A stretch of 64,000 nucleotides of DNA from the human T2T-CHM13v2.0 reference genome, Homo sapiens. Both the position numbers and the translations under genes were made by a program. Location of the stretch: assembly GCF_009914755.1 (NCBI RefSeq), contig NC_060925.1, one strand, 5' to 3'. Below the pieces are notes generated by a model. That model was not told the DNA's origin, ran no database searches, and was given only the letters and a program-made list of their open reading frames with translations. Below, piece after piece: positions 58,907 to 64,000 of the stretch (position 1 is the stretch's first letter; the number at the start of each line of letters is the position of its first letter).

Positions 58907-59331
58907 CTGCTCAGGGAGGACAGGGAAGCTGGATTAGGAAGGCTGCCCCTGCCCTGAGCACATGGGCAGGACGGCGGCAGCGGCAGAAAAGGAAGGCTCT
59001 CACCAGAGGCCGGGGAGAGCACTGGCTCCTACTCTGCAGAGAACCCCACTGCTCTTCCCTAGGGCCACCCAGAGCTGACCTTGGCTCAGCTCAGTCCTTC
59101 CTCTCCTTGGGGGAAAGCAGATGGCATAGGAGAACGTGGGGGAGGGAGGTTGCCCAAAAGGCTGAGCAAATCTGCGCCATGAATTCCCAAGCAATACTGA
59201 GGCAGCCCCTGGGGCTGGGGGCGTGGAGGTTCCCTCCTAAACACTGGTGGGCAGCAGTCCTCCTTGGGGACGGGCAGGGTCCACTGGGGCGGTCTGAGGG
59301 CTCTCAGGGGCGGGGACGACACTCCACTCAC

Positions 59332-59550
59332 CTCTTCCTCCGCTGCCTGACCTCCTTCTTCTTTAGCCGCTCCAGGTCCTGCTTGGCCCTGCGGATCACC
59401 TCCGAGGCATCCTCCATGGAGCTGGCAGGGCTGCCCCCGAAGGCCGGGGCGGCTGGAGAAGCACCCAGGGAGTAGGGGCTCCTAGCCGAGGCCCGTGAGA
59501 GGCTGCGGCGCAGGGACTCGTTCATGGCTTCACTCTCTAGAAGCTTAGTC
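59332..59550 (-). CDS. KIF21B: KIF21B exon
   Basis: [19 protein letters not shown]...[10 protein letters not shown]; 219 nt. Confidence 0.95.
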
Positions 59551-59658
59551 CTGCACAGGAAGAACGAGTGGACGGGGCCGAGTGAGCTGCCACAGCCCTT
59601 GGCGTCACCTGGCCGAGGCCCCCAGCCCGCGCACACCTGCCGGAGCTCACTCACTCAC

Positions 59659-59722
59659 CGTAGCTCCTCGATCTCCCGGATGTAGTTCTGGATCAGCGCA
59701 CCAATGGCCTCATTGCCATCGC
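59659..59722 (-). CDS. KIF21B: KIF21B exon
   Basis: [22 protein letters not shown]; 64 nt; phases fit neighbours. Confidence 0.93.
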
Positions 59723-59768
59723 CTGGAGTGGGACGGCGGGAAGAAGGGTGCGATAAAGAAGATAAATA

Positions 59769-60069
<301 letters not shown>

Positions 60070-60326
60070 GATAAATAGCAGCAAGGGTCTTCAACACCAC
60101 TGATACTACTGCTCTTATATCTGTGCCTCTAATAGGGCAGCTCATATGGGCCTTTTCCAAAAAGAAATCTATAGAAAAAATACTTTGCACAGAGGTATAC
60201 AAGCACTGTTGGCAATAGCAAGAAACTGGAAACAACCTAAATGCCCATCACTAGAAGGCTACTATAATAAATTTATTCATCATTGTCACATATGGGACAC
60301 CATGGCAGAAGATGAAGAGAAGTAGG

Positions 60327-60609
60327 TTTTTTTAAATTTTTATTTTTTGGTTAGAGCCAAGGTCTTGCTCTGTCGCCCAGGCTAGAGTCACAGCTGACTG
60401 CAGCCTCAGCCTCCCGGGCTCAGGCAATCCTTCCATCTCAGCCTCCCAAGTAACATGAACTACAGGCATGTGCCACCACATCTGGCTAATTTTTGTATTT
60501 TTTGTAGAGACTAGGCGTCCCTATGTTGCCCAGGCTGGTCTCAAACTCCTGGGTTCAAGTGATTCTCCTGCCGTGGCCTCCCAAAGTGCTGGGATTACAG
60601 GCGTGAACC
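60327..60609 (-). mobile_element. AluJ within an old L1ME-like fragment (~60150-60960)
   Basis: TSD agaagtaggttt; flanking aactggaaacaacctaaatgcccatca L1 3' motif. Confidence 0.8.
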
Positions 60610-61102
60610 AGAAGTAGGTTTAATATGGAAAGATTTATAAAACATAATGCTAAATGAAAAAGGGAAGTCTTAGAGCAATATATATAATCTCATACATAGA
60701 AAAAGTAGTCTATATCATACACACATTTAAGAATGTATATGAATACATATTCATACTTGAAACAAATACTGAGAAAGGTGTGGGAAAATACACACCAAGC
60801 TGCTCATAGAGGTTCCTTCTGAGAAGTAGAGAGGGCTTGGGGTGGAGGGTTCAGGGAGAGGCAATTTTAATCTTTCACTTCATATAGTGATGTATTGTTT
60901 GCATGTTGAACAAGAAGGATGTGTTCATGTATTACTTGTGCCATACAAAAATGTTTTAAAATCAAGTGAAAAAAAATGCATAAATGAGTTGAACTATGAA
61001 TTGACTGGCTGGCTTAGTCCACCTGATACTCTGGGGTGGATGTCGGGGGAGGGAGTCCTAGCCCGTTGGTGCTCTGACCTGGCCTGGCACAGCCCAACTC
61101 AC

Positions 61103-61292
61103 CGGCCTTGGCTAGCAGCAGGTTGGCCTCCTGGCTCATGAGCTGGGTGACGCGGTTGTTGATGGCATCGATGGCCTCCTGCATGGCTTTCACCCGCAGC
61201 CGCAGGGCCCCATTCTCCTTCTGTAGCATGGCATTCTCTCGGAACAGATCACTATAGCCCTCAGCGCCATCCTCTCCTATCACTCGCTTGCC
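61103..61292 (-). CDS. KIF21B: KIF21B exon, coiled coil
   Basis: [27 protein letters not shown]...LLLAKA; 190 nt. Confidence 0.95.
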
Positions 61293-62485
61293 CTGGGAGC
61301 AGGGGCAAAGGGGAGCAGTCAGGCAGCAGAGCTCGCGGTTGGGGGGGTAAGGGGCTGATGATGCCCCTCCCTCTGCCAGCGCCCTGGCCTTCCCCTGGAT
61401 ATGGCGCATCACCAGTCTCCCCTGCCCCAGGTTTCCTAAAACACAGCTACTGGCCCCCAGTGATCAAAAACCTTACACAGTTCTCCTTGACAATAAAAAG
61501 TCCAAATTTTGTAACCAGCCACTGAAGGCCTCTCACAATCTTACTTGACCTAACTTTCCACAGTGTATTTTCATATCTCCATAAAGTCTAGTCCAAGGGT
61601 CAAAACCCTCTCTGCCAGGCAGTTGGCATAAATGAGTCAGGCTGGTTGTAAGACAATAGGGAGTGGTAGAGACTGGAACTAAGAGAGTCCCAGACTCAGT
61701 CTAGAAGGGGCAGCCCCTATGCCTCTCCAGCCAACTTGGTACCATGAGTTGTTAGATCTTGAAAATTTTCTAGCAAAACTGAAACTCCCTGATTTTCAGA
61801 AAGGTTGACAACTACGTTGTATTCTTTTAAAACAAGTGCAAGCCAAACCTAAACTCATCCATGTGCCAGATTTGGGCCATGGGCTACCAATTGGTGACTT
61901 CTGTCTTAGTCACATAGAATTAGACATTTACCCCAAAGGACCCATTTTTTCCCACTCTGTTCCTTTGTGCATGGCTTGTTCTTTACCTAGAATGGCTGTC
62001 CCATCTCATTTTGCTGTTACCTCATTCATTCTTCAAAATCCATATAAAAGGCCCCTTTTTCCATGAGGCCCTCTCTGACCATCCATGCAAGTAAGGCCAA
62101 CTCTCTCCTCTGCCCCTCTGCAGCACACTGGATACTCCTGTGGGCCCCTCTATCAACGATTCTGTGCCAGTCTAGCAGTCTTACCTGTTCCAACACAACA
62201 CATTCAGCAGATATGAAAACACCCTGGAGAGTGTCTGCCCTGTGCACAAGATCTATGCAACAAAAGCTGGGGAGCCCTTCTTTCTTGGACTTAGTATTCT
62301 AAAATCTTGAGGGCTCAGACTATGCTTGATTCACATGGGTGAGTCCCTAATAGTAAGCAGCATGCCTGGCACACAACTGATGCTCAAGAGTCATGTCCAA
62401 AGTGGATGATGGTAATAGGGAGGTGGGAGGGATGCTGAGGAAGTTAGGGTGAGGCTGCAGGGCAGAGGGTGCATATGGAGCACTA

Positions 62486-62785
<300 letters not shown>

Positions 62786-63281
62786 TCAGGGTAGAGGTCC
62801 TGCTCCCATCCCATTCCCCCACTACCTTAATGCCCAAAGCACGTGGGCATTCAGGACAGAACCTGGGATGTGGGGAGCTGGACCATCTGGCCAGGAGTTT
62901 TCACTGCAACAGCAGGTAACCATAGTAAAGGCAGCTACCAAGGCTGGGGAGGTGGTGATGCATAATTGCCAGAGTCCTTTGCTTGGTGATGAGGATGAGT
63001 TACAGCCCTGCATTTTCTAGCATTTCCCATCTATCATCTCGTCTGGGTCATATGACTTCCCTTAGAATGTCTCTCTCTGTTTTACTGATAAGGAAACTGA
63101 GTCTGGCCATAGCTGCCTGAAGGTCATAAAGCACCTCAAGGTTCCTACCTCCTAAACCTGCAGCCTAGGATGGGAAGGCCTCCTCCTCCTGGGGCAGGCT
63201 TGCGCCATACCCACACAGCACTATTTTCCAGGAACCTCCCTGCCTCCCCTGTCCCTTCCCTGGGTGTTGGTCACCAGATAC

Positions 63282-63397
63282 CTGTTGCCCCCCAGCGAAT
63301 CCTGGAGGAGCCGAGTGAGCTTGGAGTCCCTGTAGGGAACGTGCACCACCTTCTTGCTCTGGTCCCCTAAGGCGCTGATCACATTGCCCAAGGCCAG
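63282..63397 (-). CDS. KIF21B: KIF21B exon, motor domain (microtubule-binding region)
   Basis: [39 protein letters not shown]; 116 nt. Confidence 0.96.
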
Positions 63398-63707
63398 CTG
63401 TGGGAGACAGACCCTGGCACTCAGCAGTCACTCAGGGAGCGAAGGGTAGGGAGGGACAAGAAAATCCCCAACCCATCTGTACCTGCCTCTTTGGCCCCAG
63501 CAGCCCTCTTGCTCCTTGGGTGGGTTTATAGGCACATGGATAAGTTGGTGAAATGGGGAAGCTGGGGACAGGGGTGACGCCTGAGAGTGAAGGGCTAATT
63601 GGCAAGATGTCCAAGGAGGACTCAGCAGGTGTAGGACTGCAGGGCCTTGGAGGGGTCTGAGACTGAGCTGTGTGGGTGCTGGGGCTGATGACCCACCATG
63701 TGCCTAC

Positions 63708-63875
63708 CAGGCCACAGTTGATGGAGATGCCCTCCTTGGCCCGCTCGCCAGTAGCCCCTGTCCGCTTCAGCCGCTCTGAGCCGGCCAGGTCCACAAAGTG
63801 AAACTTAGCAGTGAGTGTCTCATACTCACTCGAGGGAGGTGTACCATCAGGAAGCCCAGTCACCGCCTCATTCAC
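63708..63875 (-). CDS. KIF21B: KIF21B exon, motor domain (switch II)
   Basis: [11 protein letters not shown]...[32 protein letters not shown]; tgcag acceptor, GTAGG donor; 168 nt. Confidence 0.96.
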
Positions 63876-64000
63876 CTGCAGCAGAAGTCAGCTCTGACTC
63901 ACCCAGCCCTCGCCCACCTCACTGGCTCCCCTGATCACAGTACTGCCATCCGGGAGAGGCACGGTGGACGGCCAAGCGCCTTGCCCTTCGCACATGCAGA

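Overview
Primate (human-type) genomic DNA, recognisable from the encoded proteins as the 1q32.1 MROH3P-KIF21B locus. Minus strand (~28.3-63.9 kb): the 3' part of KIF21B, a kinesin-4 family motor. I mapped 30 consecutive coding exons with canonical GT-AG sites and matching phases (4182 nt, 1393 aa to the stop). They cover the end of the motor domain, the coiled-coil stalk, an S/P-rich linker and the WD40 tail. The gene also has a 39-nt cassette microexon, two alternative terminal acceptors encoding paralogous last WD40 strands, and a >4 kb 3'UTR. Plus strand (7.0-25.6 kb): 11 exons of the HEAT-repeat pseudogene MROH3P. Its splice sites and polyA signal are intact, and I see only two ORF-disrupting lesions here: a +1 frameshift near 8792 and a TAG at 24043. 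The rest is dense in Alu, L1, L2, MIR, MLT1 and MER elements. I found no evidence of an undescribed multi-gene system. The most unusual signals are a perfect 80-bp direct repeat of degenerate MIR-like sequence flanking an in-frame KIF21B exon, a mosaic AluS/AluYb8 element, a site hit by four successive retroelement insertions, the duplicated terminal WD40 segment and the barely decayed MROH3P. Repeat boundaries and subfamilies are by eye and approximate.
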